A stretch of 64,000 bases of DNA from Pseudonocardiales bacterium (GCA_003243915.1 QHCC01000009.1:5653-69652); one strand, 5' to 3'. Numbered from the stretch's first letter, positions 46,017 to 56,574 are shown. Translations and numbers: made by a program. The notes: a model not told the origin generated them from the letters alone.

Positions 46017-47359
46017 CTGTGGCGACCCGCCACATTCCGCGGCATGCGGCGCCGCCTCCGACGGGCGCGTGGGTCAGTGTGCGGCGCAGCGCCGGGACCC
46101 GCATCCTCGTGCTGCCGGTCAGCGCGATCCTAGGCATTGTCAGCACCCGGCTCATCGTCGGCCACTTCGGCACGGCCACCTACAACCAGTACCTGTTGCT
46201 GATTGGCATCGGCTCACTGATCCCGTTCGCGGACCTCGGTATGGCGGCAGCGCTGATGAACGCCGTGTCGGCATCGCAAGACCCGGCGCACGACCCGCAC
46301 GTGCGGCGGGTACTCACCACAGCGATCCGGGTACTGACGGGCTCGGCGGCCACCATCGTGCTGGTCACGGGCGTCATCACGGTAGCCGGATGGTGGCCGA
46401 GACTGCTCGGCGCCGGCCTGCTCCCGCACAGCGGGCCGGCCGCGGCGGCGCTGTGCGCTGCCATGATCGGCATCTCGATACCGTCGGGCATCGGACAGCG
46501 CCTATGGACTGGGCTCGGACGCAATCATGTCCCGATCGCGCTACTGGGGCTGCAGACGCCGGTCGTATTGGTCTGTCTGATCGGCATCGTCACCTTCCAT
46601 GCCCCGGGAGGCTCCTACCTGCCGGTCATTCCCTACGTGGTCACCTTCGTCATCTCGGCCGGCTCGACGTTGCTGGCCGGCAAGCAGATCGGGCCGGTGT
46701 TCTGGGGGGCGCTGCGCGACGCTCCGCGGCTGCGCTCAGTACGCGGCGGCAAGGTGTTCGACGTCGCCTGGCCGATGCTCATCCAGCTGATCGCCCTGCC
46801 GATCGCCATGCAGACCGACCGCCTGCTCCTGAGCCACTTCTCCAACCTGAAGAACCTGGCCGAGTACAACCTGGCGTCGCAGATGTATATCCCCGTGTAT
46901 TACGTCATCAGTGCGGCGGGCATTGCCCTGTGGCCCATCTTTACCAAGGCGCGGGTTGGGGGCAGCCACGCCGGGGTGTCACCGATGCGGATGTCGATCG
47001 TGTTCGGCGGCGCTGCCGCGGCCGTGTGCGCGCTGCTTTCGCTGGCCTCGCCATGGTTGGCCGCGTGGGCATCCGGCGGCCGCATCCATCTCGGTATCCC
47101 GCTTATCGTGTCCTTCTCGATCTTCATGGTGTTCCAGGCCATGAAGTATCCGCTGGGCATGTACATGACCGACGCGCGGGGACTGCGATTTCAGGCAGTG
47201 ATGATCGTGCTGCTGTTGTTGCCGGTCAATCTCGCGTTGTCCTGGTACCTGGCCATCAAGATCGGTGCGGCCGGCCCGGTCATCGGCTCGGCAGTCGGCG
47301 TGTACTTCTCGCAAGTGGTTGCGAACTGGGTGTACGTCCGGCGCGCTCTGCGCGCATGA
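46013..47359 (+). CDS. wzx: Wzx-type oligosaccharide flippase
   Basis: GTGA overlap at 46013. 448 aa, about 12 hydrophobic segments, polysaccharide-biosynthesis-protein pattern. Confidence 0.7.
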   Translation: MTVATRHIPRHAAPPPTGAWVSVRRSAGTRILVLPVSAILGIVSTRLIVGHFGTATYNQYLLLIGIGSLIPFADLGMAAALMNAVSASQDPAHDPHVRRVLTTAIRVLTGSAATIVLVTGVITVAGWWPRLLGAGLLPHSGPAAAALCAAMIGISIPSGIGQRLWTGLGRNHVPIALLGLQTPVVLVCLIGIVTFHAPGGSYLPVIPYVVTFVISAGSTLLAGKQIGPVFWGALRDAPRLRSVRGGKVFDVAWPMLIQLIALPIAMQTDRLLLSHFSNLKNLAEYNLASQMYIPVYYVISAAGIALWPIFTKARVGGSHAGVSPMRMSIVFGGAAAAVCALLSLASPWLAAWASGGRIHLGIPLIVSFSIFMVFQAMKYPLGMYMTDARGLRFQAVMIVLLLLPVNLALSWYLAIKIGAAGPVIGSAVGVYFSQVVANWVYVRRALRA

Positions 47360-47435
47360 ATTGAACGATCGACTGGGACTGCCGCGCGAAATGCGGCCGC
47401 TCGGGGGTCCTGGCAGTAGGGCAGCGCTGTTGTGC

Positions 47436-48560
47436 TCACCCGACCACGTCTCGTGCTTGACGTGCGTGCCTCGGGCCCATCAATGCCTTGCCGGGTGCCG
47501 GAGTGGGCAGGGGCGGCCCCATCCGCAGCTGCCGTCTGATCACCGTATCGAATCGTCCGGCTGCTCTGAGAGCGGGTCGCTCCACCCAGAACCAACTCGC
47601 CATCGCAAGCGGAATCGTCGCGACGGTTGCGATGAGTGTGAACAATGGTGCAGACACCCTCTGAACATGCGCGAGCACAAGCAGCTGCTGCACGGGCATG
47701 CCATAGATGTAGATGCCGTACGAGATGTCGTTTCGCCTACCTACCTTGTGAAACGGGAGGGCGCGGCCAAGCCACAGGCAGATGTAGGCGAGCGGTATTG
47801 CGCCGAGCGTGTTCATCTCTCCGGCCAGCGCGCTCGCAACCAGAACTGCGCATGCTGGCACTGCGAGCTTCCAGGTCAGCGAGATGCGCTCACCGAGCAG
47901 TGCAATGAGCGATCCCGCGAAGAAGGTGGACGCCAGCAAGCTCAGTGTGCCGACCTGCGCCGGATGACTGTGGTGTTGGGAGAAGATGGCGATCGCAGCG
48001 AGCGCCACGAAGGCCGCCAGCACAGCTTGGAGGCGGTGTCGCCGTAGCGTGAGAACGGCCGCGACGAGCAGGTAACAGATGAACTCGTGGCGAAGGGTCC
48101 ACAGAGATCCGTCCCAGACCTTCGGGTAGGGCACGTGGTCGAGAGTGCTGCTGATGTCGTACTGATTGATCTTGAGGTAGGAGTTCTTGTACAGATACCC
48201 GAGTGCACTGGACCACTTGTACTCACCGGATCCGATCGCTGCGCCCAACGGCGCGAAGACGAGCGCGGTGAGGACGAGGCACACGAGGTAGCCCGGATAA
48301 ATTCGTAGGATTCGTCGCACGAGAAAGCCGCCGAAGTCGCGATGCGTGCGGCTGTTTGCAATCAAATAGCCTGAGATTGCGAAGAATCCGGCGACCGCCC
48401 AGGTTCCGATTGTTACCCCGAGCAGTTCCGGTTCTCGGCCGTACCCGCCGACGGATGCAGTGTGCGAAGCGATGACGGCGACCGCGAATACGAGACGGAG
48501 AAAGTTGAGGCTGTTCTGGCGGGAATCAAGCCCTCGCGCAGCTGTCACGTCTTCCTTCAC
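47436..48560 (-). CDS. Acyltransferase-3 family membrane O-acyltransferase
   Basis: GTG 48560 overlaps the upstream stop (GTGA). Contains NSLNFLRLVFAVAVIASH...FFAISGYLI...WTLRHEF. GC is visibly lower than in the core genes. Confidence 0.8.
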   Translation of the reverse strand: MKEDVTAARGLDSRQNSLNFLRLVFAVAVIASHTASVGGYGREPELLGVTIGTWAVAGFFAISGYLIANSRTHRDFGGFLVRRILRIYPGYLVCLVLTALVFAPLGAAIGSGEYKWSSALGYLYKNSYLKINQYDISSTLDHVPYPKVWDGSLWTLRHEFICYLLVAAVLTLRRHRLQAVLAAFVALAAIAIFSQHHSHPAQVGTLSLLASTFFAGSLIALLGERISLTWKLAVPACAVLVASALAGEMNTLGAIPLAYICLWLGRALPFHKVGRRNDISYGIYIYGMPVQQLLVLAHVQRVSAPLFTLIATVATIPLAMASWFWVERPALRAAGRFDTVIRRQLRMGPPLPTPAPGKALMGPRHARQARDVVG

Positions 48561-49864
48561 AGCCTCACGACGCTGGGCTGGTCGCGCGAGGGCACGGCGT
48601 TCTGCGCATCGAAGAGAAGTTGAGCGCGTTCGACCAGCATCCCGGGTTCGTACGCGGCGTGTGGGGTCAACAAGAGGACGCAGTCGGCCCCGGACAGCGC
48701 TCGGTCGGTCAGAGCGCTGCGGCGCAGACGCACGTCGTTGACGGTGATCGACGCGACGTACGGATCGTGAAAGGTGATCCGGGCGCCGCGCTTGTGCAGC
48801 GCGCTCAGTACCTGAAGCGAAGCCGACTCGCGCATATCGCCGACATTGGGTTTGTAGGTAACCCCGAGTGCGAGGATCCGGGCGCCCTTCACCGTCTTGC
48901 CCTGGTCGTTGAGAGCCTCGACGACGCGATCGGCGACGTAGGTCGGCATCTGCTCGTTGATGTCCTGGGCCAGCTCGACGAGGTGGAAGCGACGCCCGGT
49001 GTCGCGCCGCGATTGCCAGGACAGGTACGTGGGGTCCAGCGGAATGCAGTGCCCCCCCACACCGGGCCCGGGGTAGAACGGCATGAACCCGAACGGTTTC
49101 GTACCCGCCGCACGAACGACTTCCCAGACATCGATGCCCTGCGAGGCGCACAACATCGCCAGTTCATTGACCAGGGCGATGTTGACCATGCGAAACGTGT
49201 TCTCCAGCAGCTTGGCCATCTCCGCGGCGCGGCACGTGCTGAGCGTCTCGACCTGGTCGACGATGTGCCGATAGAACGTGGCGGCGATTTCGGTGGCCTC
49301 CGGAGTCACTCCACCGACTACCCGCGGCGTGTTGCGCAGGCCGAACTTGACGTTGCCCGGGTCGATGCGCTCGGGGGAGTACGCCAGTAAGAAGTCGCGA
49401 CCGCAACGTCGCCCGCCCGACTCGAGAATCGGCCGAAGCACCGATTCGGTCGTGCCCGGGTAGGTCGTGGATTCGAGGATCACCAGCGAGCCGGGCTTGA
49501 GCACCGCCGCGAGTTCGCGACCAGCGGACTCGATCGCGCTCAGGTCAGGACGGTGCTCGACGAGCGGAGTCGGCACACAGATGATCACGACGTCGGCACC
49601 CGCGGCTACGCCGGCGTCGGTCCCAAAGTGCAGTCGGCCGGTGTCGATGGCCAGCGACACCAGCGAGTCGGCTACACCGGGCACCACATTGTGCCCCTCG
49701 GCCAGTGCCTTGACGCGCTCGGCGTCGCGGTCGACCCCGTCGACCCGCATGCCGGCGACTGCCGCGGCGGCGGCCACCGACAAGCCGACGTACCCCTGCC
49801 CGATAATGCAGACTTGGCAAGTCGCGTTCTCGACGGCCCGCTGCAGCCGCGTCATGCTGCGCAT
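48557..49864 (-). CDS. Nucleotide-sugar dehydrogenase, UDP-N-acetylhexosamine (WecC/WbpA-like) type
   Basis: VCIIGQGYVGL Rossmann motif and ICVPTPL motif, more typical of UDP-HexNAc than UDP-Glc dehydrogenases. Start ATG 49864 or 49855. Confidence 0.75.
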   Translation of the reverse strand: MRSMTRLQRAVENATCQVCIIGQGYVGLSVAAAAAVAGMRVDGVDRDAERVKALAEGHNVVPGVADSLVSLAIDTGRLHFGTDAGVAAGADVVIICVPTPLVEHRPDLSAIESAGRELAAVLKPGSLVILESTTYPGTTESVLRPILESGGRRCGRDFLLAYSPERIDPGNVKFGLRNTPRVVGGVTPEATEIAATFYRHIVDQVETLSTCRAAEMAKLLENTFRMVNIALVNELAMLCASQGIDVWEVVRAAGTKPFGFMPFYPGPGVGGHCIPLDPTYLSWQSRRDTGRRFHLVELAQDINEQMPTYVADRVVEALNDQGKTVKGARILALGVTYKPNVGDMRESASLQVLSALHKRGARITFHDPYVASITVNDVRLRRSALTDRALSGADCVLLLTPHAAYEPGMLVERAQLLFDAQNAVPSRDQPSVVRL

Positions 49865-50239
49865 CACGCGCCTCCGCACACTCGCGCCGGTCGGCCGGCT
49901 GTGTACCGGACGAGCGGGCGGAAGGCACGCCTACCGTGCTTGCCTGTGGCTCGCATTGGACAATTCCCCCGATTGGCCTCGACGTTGTTCAGGTGGTGCT
50001 TTCAGGGCCTCTGCAAACTGCGCCGCCCAACACCCGCGAACTACCGAAACCGCCCCCCCGAACTGCGCAATCACGCAGCATCTGCATTCTCTCATCTCGG
50101 TCCCTGAGGAGCAACGCCGCCTATCTCTGCCGCCGGCTCGCAACGGCTAGTCCACCCGTCTCGCTCGCGCCGATCGCCGCGCCGCGGTGAGCGCTGTACC
50201 GTCCCCGTCCGGCAGCACGGCCCCGCCCCGCGCTGTACG

Positions 50240-51271
50240 TCATTCGACATTCGGGCCGAACGGCCGGCGCGATCGCGCCTCTGTCGCGGCACGTTCGAAG
50301 GCGCTGGCGTGCGCCCGGCCGATCTCGGGCCAGCCCCGGCGGCGGAGATCAGGGAGCCCGACCGGCGGCTTCGCTCGGGAGTCGGCGATCGCCCCGGCCA
50401 GCCGGGTCGAATCGAAGGCGCCGTCATATCCGAGCACCCAACCGGCGCCGACTTCGAGCGCCAGCGCGCGGTTCACCGCGTTGTCCGGGACGACAACAGG
50501 CCTGGCCACCGACAGCGCGAGCAGCGCCGCTCCGGAATTGTGCATCTGCCGGTAGGGCAACACGATCAACTCGGCGCGGCCGAACTCCGCCGCGGTCTCG
50601 GAATCCGTGGCGTGACGCAACGAGGCGCTGATGCGGCTGTCGGCTCGTACGGCCTCGTCGATCCGCTCGGTTACCTGCCGATCCTCCGGCCGCCCCACTA
50701 TCCGTAGCCGCATGGTTGGGTCGGCCAGCTCGCTAAACGCGGCAATCAGTTCCTCGACGCCCTTGTACGTGCGCATATTTCCGAAATAGAGCAGGCGTCC
50801 CCGTTCACTGGGCGGGATCGAATAGCCGGCGTACCAGTCCAGGTAGTGGCCGTGCGGAATGACGCAGGTGGGCGCGTCTGTCGGGCGTGGGGTGAATTCA
50901 TTGAGAGTTATCCAGTGGGTTGTCCAACGATCACAAAGGTGCAGCAGCCAGTTTTCGACGGCGCGGCCCGGTTCGTGAGGCGCGACGTTGTGCAGGGTCC
51001 TGACGATGGCTTTGCCGCTGAACCGTAGACGTATCAGGACGAGCAAGAACAGAACCCGCCGGGCCGACGTTCGGATGATGTTGCGGTCGCGGATGAGCAC
51101 CTCCGGCCAATGCACGTGCAACGCGTCGAAATCTCCCAGCAGGGCAGCGCGCCAGGAGAACATGCGCACGTCCACGTACGGGCGCAGCGCCGTCACCAGC
51201 TGGGTCTGATAGGGATTGGTCGTTTCGCGGATGGCGACGAACGACTCCATGACGGTTAGCCGGTTGAACAC
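50240..51271 (-). CDS. Glycosyltransferase (GT1/GT4-like)
   Basis: 343 aa with ...LLYFGNMRTYKGVEELI...LIVLPYRQMHNSGAALLALS... (E-x7-E-like C-terminal region). Confidence 0.65.
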   Translation of the reverse strand: MFNRLTVMESFVAIRETTNPYQTQLVTALRPYVDVRMFSWRAALLGDFDALHVHWPEVLIRDRNIIRTSARRVLFLLVLIRLRFSGKAIVRTLHNVAPHEPGRAVENWLLHLCDRWTTHWITLNEFTPRPTDAPTCVIPHGHYLDWYAGYSIPPSERGRLLYFGNMRTYKGVEELIAAFSELADPTMRLRIVGRPEDRQVTERIDEAVRADSRISASLRHATDSETAAEFGRAELIVLPYRQMHNSGAALLALSVARPVVVPDNAVNRALALEVGAGWVLGYDGAFDSTRLAGAIADSRAKPPVGLPDLRRRGWPEIGRAHASAFERAATEARSRRPFGPNVE

Positions 51272-51290
51272 GTGGGCGGCCTCGTCGTAC

Positions 51291-51875
51291 TCAGTGCACA
51301 GTTCCCACGAAGAGCACGACTGGTGCCGCAGTCGTGTAGCTCAGGCTGATCGTGACGGGATTGCGGTGGCTCGGCGCTAGTGCGAAAACGTAGGTGGCCG
51401 TCCTGCTCTTGCCGGCGCCGACAGTGCCCGCGAACGGCTGGGCCGGGCTGGCGACCATGGAAACAGACGGTACGCCCGCCGCATCCTGCAGGTTCGCGGT
51501 CACGGTCCCGAGGTCGATCGAGCTGCCGGAACCGTTCTCGATGACGAAGGTGACCGCAACTGCCGGCCCGGACACCTCACCGGCGCCTCGCGCAACCGCG
51601 GTGATCTTCTTGATCGTGGAGATCCGGGCGGCAATGCGGTTCCCGAACGTGGCCGTCTGGTCGGTGGCCACTGGACTGGCGGTGACCACGGTCTTGGCCG
51701 GGACCGTCTTGTGGATCGAGCCGGACGACTGTGCTGCGCCGGTTCCGGTACTCGGTGCAGAATTCGAGCCGGTGCCCCTCGCCGACTGCGAAGGATGCGA
51801 GTCGTGACCTGTGCACCCGACCGCCATCGTCACCAGCCCGGCACACACTGCGCTCAGGCATAGCCTGCGAGGCAT
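51291..51875 (-). CDS. Lipoprotein with DUF4352-like beta-sandwich domain
   Basis: MPRRLCLSAVCAGLVTMAVGC (lipobox), a Ser/Gly/Thr linker, then VAVTFVIENGSGSSIDL...GKSRTATYVF. GTG 51893 is an alternative start. Confidence 0.55.
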   Translation of the reverse strand: MPRRLCLSAVCAGLVTMAVGCTGHDSHPSQSARGTGSNSAPSTGTGAAQSSGSIHKTVPAKTVVTASPVATDQTATFGNRIAARISTIKKITAVARGAGEVSGPAVAVTFVIENGSGSSIDLGTVTANLQDAAGVPSVSMVASPAQPFAGTVGAGKSRTATYVFALAPSHRNPVTISLSYTTAAPVVLFVGTVH

Positions 51876-51885
51876 GGCAACGATG

Positions 51886-53520
51886 TCATTCACCGAGTAG
51901 CCACGGGTCGGTTGACCGGCCCGACTCGTCCCCGTGCGGGACGTGCTCGACGACGCTGCGCTCGCCGGTGCTCACGACGGTGGCCTGCGCCGACGCGGCG
52001 TCGTAGGCCCGGCGACGACCCTGGCTGTTCCTCCGCCGACCCCCGCTGCGCGCATTCGTCTTGGGCAGGCGCGCGGTCACCGTGACCGGGGCTGGGTGTA
52101 CGTCGTCGATGTGGGTGCGAGCGGCAGTTGCCCCTCGGGCGCGGACAATCCGTTCGAGTCCGGGCGATCTGTTCATGACCACGCCGACAACCGCGCCGCC
52201 GACCTGTCGCGTCGCATCGATGCAACGGCGGAACTTCTCGTGGCTCGTCTCGCCGGCTCGGACGACCAGCACGGTGGCGTCGGCCGCAGACACGACTTCA
52301 ACGCCGTCAACGACCGGCAGGAGTGATGACGCGTCGAGGACGACGTAGTCGAACTGTTCGGACAGCAATGCGAGAACCGGCCGCAGATGCTTGGCATCCA
52401 GAAGCTCACTCGGGTTGCGCGGTAGGGGTCCCGAGGTCACGACGGACAAGCCCTCGTCAAGGTATTGGAAGGATTCATCGATCGGTGCACTGGCACTCAG
52501 CAGAGATGTCAGGCCGATCTCACCGTCGAGTTCGAGCAGTTGCGCGAGCACCGGTTGCCGCAGGTCGGCCTCGACCAGGCAGACACTCAGCCCCACCTCG
52601 GCGAGGCTGACGGCCAGGTTGAGAGCCACCGCGGTCTTGCCCTCGCCACCGACCGGACTGGTGATCGCGATGACCTTGGGCGGTCTGTCGACGTCGACGA
52701 ACCGAAGATTCGTTCTGAGCAGGCGAAACGCCTCACTGCGCGGGCTGGCGTCGTCGAACTGGAAGGCATTCGGCCTCGACTTTGCTCGCCGGTCTATCGG
52801 GATGGCGCCGAGCAACGGCAACGTGCTGATCGCCCCCACATCGAGCGGCGACCGGAGTCGGGTGTTGAGTCGTTCGCGCAGTACAACCGCGAGCAGTCCC
52901 AGGAACAGGCCACCGAAGAAACCGACCAGCAGGATGAGCTTCTTCTGTGGCGCCACCGGGGCGGTGGGTGCCGACGCCGGATGGATGACAGTGAGCTTGA
53001 GCACTGATTCCGCTGCCGCGTTCGTGGTGGCGGTCTTTTGGGTCTCGATGTCCTTGACGACGACGATGAACTGGGACGCGACACCGTTGGCAATTTGTGC
53101 CGCGCGCGAGGCGGAGCTGTCGCGAACATGAATGTTGACCAGCGTCTTGTTCAGGGGAGCATCAGCGGTGATCTCCTTCGCCAACTGGCCGTCGCTGAGA
53201 CTCAGACTCAGACTGTCGCGCACCGGAGCGGTGATTGTCGGGCTCGTTACGACGGAAACGTAGGTCTGGACGCGAGATTGGGCAAACTGGTTGCCTGAAA
53301 ACAGCCCGGACGCGTCCTTAACGTCCGACGTCGTCACGAACACCTGCGCAGTGGCCACATACGCCCGGGGAATGCGCCCGATCTCGACAACAGCACCGCC
53401 GACACAGATGAGCACGAACAACAATATGAGTAACCATCGACTTCTGATCAAGACGAGGTACTTGGTCAACTGTAGGGTCTGGCCCCTGCCTTCGCCTGCA
53501 GCTGCACTCTTCAACGCCAT
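51886..53520 (-). CDS. Wzz-domain / BY-kinase-type polysaccharide co-polymerase (Wzc-like)
   Basis: N-terminal TM plus chain-length-determinant region and a second TM. Walker A SPVGGEGKT, Walker A' VCLVEADLRQP, Walker B YVVLDASSLLP. No C-terminal Tyr cluster. Confidence 0.8.
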   Translation of the reverse strand: MALKSAAAGEGRGQTLQLTKYLVLIRSRWLLILLFVLICVGGAVVEIGRIPRAYVATAQVFVTTSDVKDASGLFSGNQFAQSRVQTYVSVVTSPTITAPVRDSLSLSLSDGQLAKEITADAPLNKTLVNIHVRDSSASRAAQIANGVASQFIVVVKDIETQKTATTNAAAESVLKLTVIHPASAPTAPVAPQKKLILLVGFFGGLFLGLLAVVLRERLNTRLRSPLDVGAISTLPLLGAIPIDRRAKSRPNAFQFDDASPRSEAFRLLRTNLRFVDVDRPPKVIAITSPVGGEGKTAVALNLAVSLAEVGLSVCLVEADLRQPVLAQLLELDGEIGLTSLLSASAPIDESFQYLDEGLSVVTSGPLPRNPSELLDAKHLRPVLALLSEQFDYVVLDASSLLPVVDGVEVVSAADATVLVVRAGETSHEKFRRCIDATRQVGGAVVGVVMNRSPGLERIVRARGATAARTHIDDVHPAPVTVTARLPKTNARSGGRRRNSQGRRRAYDAASAQATVVSTGERSVVEHVPHGDESGRSTDPWLLGE

Positions 53521-53575
53521 GCCGGTACCTCGTCTCCAATATTCCTGAAAGTCTCTTTCTCGGCGGGCTTATCCC

Positions 53576-54880
53576 TCATGTCACACTCGCCACGACATGC
53601 TGGGACGCGCCCATCTGGTCGGGCTGCGGGACCAGCCCGGTCCACTCGCACCAGTCGTCGCGACCCAGAACGAGCGCCGCACAGGACCCGAATCCCAGAA
53701 ACCAGAACGCGCCGAGCGAGTTCCAGGAATGTATTGCGAGGAACAGTCCGACCAGCGTGGTCGACAACGAACTCAATCCGATTGCATGATTGCGCCGGAT
53801 CGCGCGAACCCCGAATGCCGCGACGCCCAGGAATACCAGGATTGCGATATATCCGAACTGCGTCGCACCGTAGACCAACTCCGAGTCGATCGATGATCCG
53901 ATGTCAAAGACGCCGGAGGTCGCCGTGTAGGCGTAGAACGTGTCAGGTGGTAATCCGCCGAGTCCGTAACCTAACGGTCGATCACCGAGTAGGTGGGGCA
54001 GCACGGCATAGAGCGCGGCCCGGTACTGATCGCTGACGTCGTTCGTATTGGTACCTTTGATCTGCGTCGTCCAGAACCAGTTCGAGCCCACGAATATGTA
54101 GACCGCGATTCCAGCGCACACTGCGTACAGCGGCCCCGACCGGGATAGCAGCGCGCGCGCCAACTGAGGTACGAAGCAGACCGCCAAGACGACGGCCCCC
54201 ACCAACTTGGGGCCGTTGCTGCCCGTGGTGAGGATGCCCAGGTAGAGCCAGATGCCGGCGAGGTAGCGGTACCGGCCGGCCAGGTACATCGCGATGGGTA
54301 TCAACGCGAGGAACAGCGCGCCCAACACCAACGGGTGGTCAGAGCCAACGATGGCGCGGGTCTGGCCGTTGCGCGCGTGCAGCGTGGGGTTGATGAGCGA
54401 CGCGTTGGCCAGGTACTCATACATTGCCGGCAGGACGGTGATCGTCCCCACGACAAGTAGCCACGAGAGATACTGCACGATCCGTCCGGTGGCCACCAGA
54501 ATCCAGCCGGCTGCCGCCGACAGCGGGAGCAGTAACACGATGTGCTCCAGCGTGGTGGCGGCGGAGCTGCTTGCCACCCGGGCGATCAACTTGGCCAGGA
54601 TCACCATGCCCATCGAGTAGGTGACCATCAACGCGATGATCCAGCGCGCAGACCTGTCTCGATCCTGGCGCTCCAGGACGCCATTGATCCAGATGAGGAG
54701 CACGACGAGGACCAACGGCGTCATGCTCGAATGCAGGTGCGAGGTTGATTTCGGGTAGAAAATGGCCATCGACAACGCGAAGGCCAGCACGGCGTCTGGA
54801 ACGAATCCGGATCGAACGAGCAAACCGGCGTTGCGCGTGAGCAGCCCAAGCTGGGGCCGGGCAACGGCCTCGCCAGTCAA
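53576..54880 (-). CDS. wzy: O-antigen ligase/polymerase family membrane protein (Wzy-like)
   Basis: 434 aa with about 11 hydrophobic segments. GC lower than the surroundings. Confidence 0.65.
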   Translation of the reverse strand: MTGEAVARPQLGLLTRNAGLLVRSGFVPDAVLAFALSMAIFYPKSTSHLHSSMTPLVLVVLLIWINGVLERQDRDRSARWIIALMVTYSMGMVILAKLIARVASSSAATTLEHIVLLLPLSAAAGWILVATGRIVQYLSWLLVVGTITVLPAMYEYLANASLINPTLHARNGQTRAIVGSDHPLVLGALFLALIPIAMYLAGRYRYLAGIWLYLGILTTGSNGPKLVGAVVLAVCFVPQLARALLSRSGPLYAVCAGIAVYIFVGSNWFWTTQIKGTNTNDVSDQYRAALYAVLPHLLGDRPLGYGLGGLPPDTFYAYTATSGVFDIGSSIDSELVYGATQFGYIAILVFLGVAAFGVRAIRRNHAIGLSSLSTTLVGLFLAIHSWNSLGAFWFLGFGSCAALVLGRDDWCEWTGLVPQPDQMGASQHVVASVT

Positions 54881-55140
54881 CCTTTGCCTCCAACCCCGTG
54901 AAGCTTGCGCAAGTGACCCACCACCGTCTCGCGGCGGTGAAGAACACCGCCCACCGAGGTACCGACAGCCCAGGCGTACCGATTATCTCCTACACCGCGC
55001 GAACTCGCTCGTTATGTCCTACAGGGGCAGCCAGCACCACGGGGGCGGGGGCAGCGAGGTGGGCGGCTGACCCGACTTTCCTGCCCAGCGGTGGGCTGCA
55101 CGTTTCGGGTGGGAGCCGCCAGGGTCGGAGCTCGCGTCGG

Positions 55141-56574
55141 CTAGCCGCGCGGGGTGATGGCGACCGGGTCGTTCGTGCCGACCCAGGTATTGCCCGTGCT
55201 GCTCAACGACACACCGGTGCTGACGATGATGGCGCAATTCCGGTAGGTGCTGGTGTGGCCGAACCGGTTGTTGCTGATGTCGATCCCGGTCATGGTGGGC
55301 CTCGGCGTGTCGGCCACATTGACCGTGCACGCCCCGCCGTCGGCCCAGTTGCCGTCGAAGGAAAGACCGCTGACAGCCCCACTGCCCTGGGTGATCTGCA
55401 GAGCGGAGTTGGTCCCGCCTTGGATCGTGTTGCCGAGAATTTGGATGTTGTTCCCGCTGAGCACCTGGATGCCGTCGTTGTGGGATGGGCCGCCGCCCTG
55501 ATTCGGGTCGCTGGGGTAAGACACGGTGCCGTGCACCCAGGAATCCTGGATCGTGACGTTGTTGCCGTTCGCCTTCGCCCCGTCGACCGTTCCATGGATG
55601 TTGACGCGCCGGGCGGTGTAGTTCGATCCGCTGATGCCGTCGAGCCAGACGGACGGATTCTCGGGGACGAGCTCAGAGTCCTCGATCACGAAATTGGTGG
55701 CTGCGGGATCCGCACTGGTGACCAACCCGGCGTCGCCGGTGGCGACACCACCCCTGATGACGGAGTTCTTGATCGTCACGTTCGGGGCAAGCACTATCAC
55801 GAAACCGTGGATGTCCAGGGCATCGTAGGTGGCGCCTGGGCTGGTAATGACGAGGTTGCCCTGAAACACCTTGAGCGTCGTGCCCGCCGGTACCCCGGTG
55901 TTCGTCGGTCCTGGTTGGCTGACGGGCGGATAGGAGCTGGCGGGCGCCGATGGCGAGGGCGAATTGCTCGTCGGTCTGCTCGTCGCACGTGGCGGGCGCT
56001 CGGTTGCGGTTGTGCGCGCCTGGGAGCTGGTCCGGGACGGCTTCACTGCAGCAATCGTCGGTCGGGGACGATCCTTGCGCCGGGTTGTCTTCGGTGCGTG
56101 TGGTGTGGATGACGGCGGCGCCGCAACCGAAGTCGGCAACGAGAACAAACTCGGCTGCGGGCCAGCAGTCATCCCCGCCGTCACTTGAGGTGTGCTGGCT
56201 GCCGAGAGCACCACCCCGCAACATGCCACCGCGGCGACCTGGACCACCAACCCTGCGGCTCGGGTGCGCCGCACCGGGCGGCGGTGTGCCGGGCGGCGCT
56301 GTGCCGGGCGGCGGTGTGCCGCGCGAGGCCGCACATCGGGCGATCGGAACTCGAAGATGGTTTCAGGGTCGACAGTGGCATTCGTCCGCTTCGCACAGCT
56401 GTGTAGAGAATGTCGACTCACGCGTTGGGTTCCCCGTCTCGTCCCGGTGTTCGAGTCCGTGTCTCCTGGCGTTCCGGCTAAGCGTCCTATCTTCCCGATG
56501 CGGGCCCGTGAAGGCAAGTCACCCCGCGGCACGACCTCGGCCGGAGACGCGATCGATGGCGATTCGCACGGCAC
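55141..56574 (-). CDS. Membrane-anchored right-handed beta-helix protein (pectate-lyase-fold; putative polysaccharide hydrolase/lyase)
   Basis: Single TM LVVQVAAVACCGVVLSAAS and a Ser/Thr/Pro-rich linker. The ~290 aa C-terminal domain is about 70% identical to that of 56629..58368. Start uncertain (GTG 56574 down to GTG 56334). Confidence 0.7.
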   Translation of the reverse strand: MPCESPSIASPAEVVPRGDLPSRARIGKIGRLAGTPGDTDSNTGTRRGTQRVSRHSLHSCAKRTNATVDPETIFEFRSPDVRPRAAHRRPAQRRPAHRRPVRRTRAAGLVVQVAAVACCGVVLSAASTPQVTAGMTAGPQPSLFSLPTSVAAPPSSTPHAPKTTRRKDRPRPTIAAVKPSRTSSQARTTATERPPRATSRPTSNSPSPSAPASSYPPVSQPGPTNTGVPAGTTLKVFQGNLVITSPGATYDALDIHGFVIVLAPNVTIKNSVIRGGVATGDAGLVTSADPAATNFVIEDSELVPENPSVWLDGISGSNYTARRVNIHGTVDGAKANGNNVTIQDSWVHGTVSYPSDPNQGGGPSHNDGIQVLSGNNIQILGNTIQGGTNSALQITQGSGAVSGLSFDGNWADGGACTVNVADTPRPTMTGIDISNNRFGHTSTYRNCAIIVSTGVSLSSTGNTWVGTNDPVAITPRG

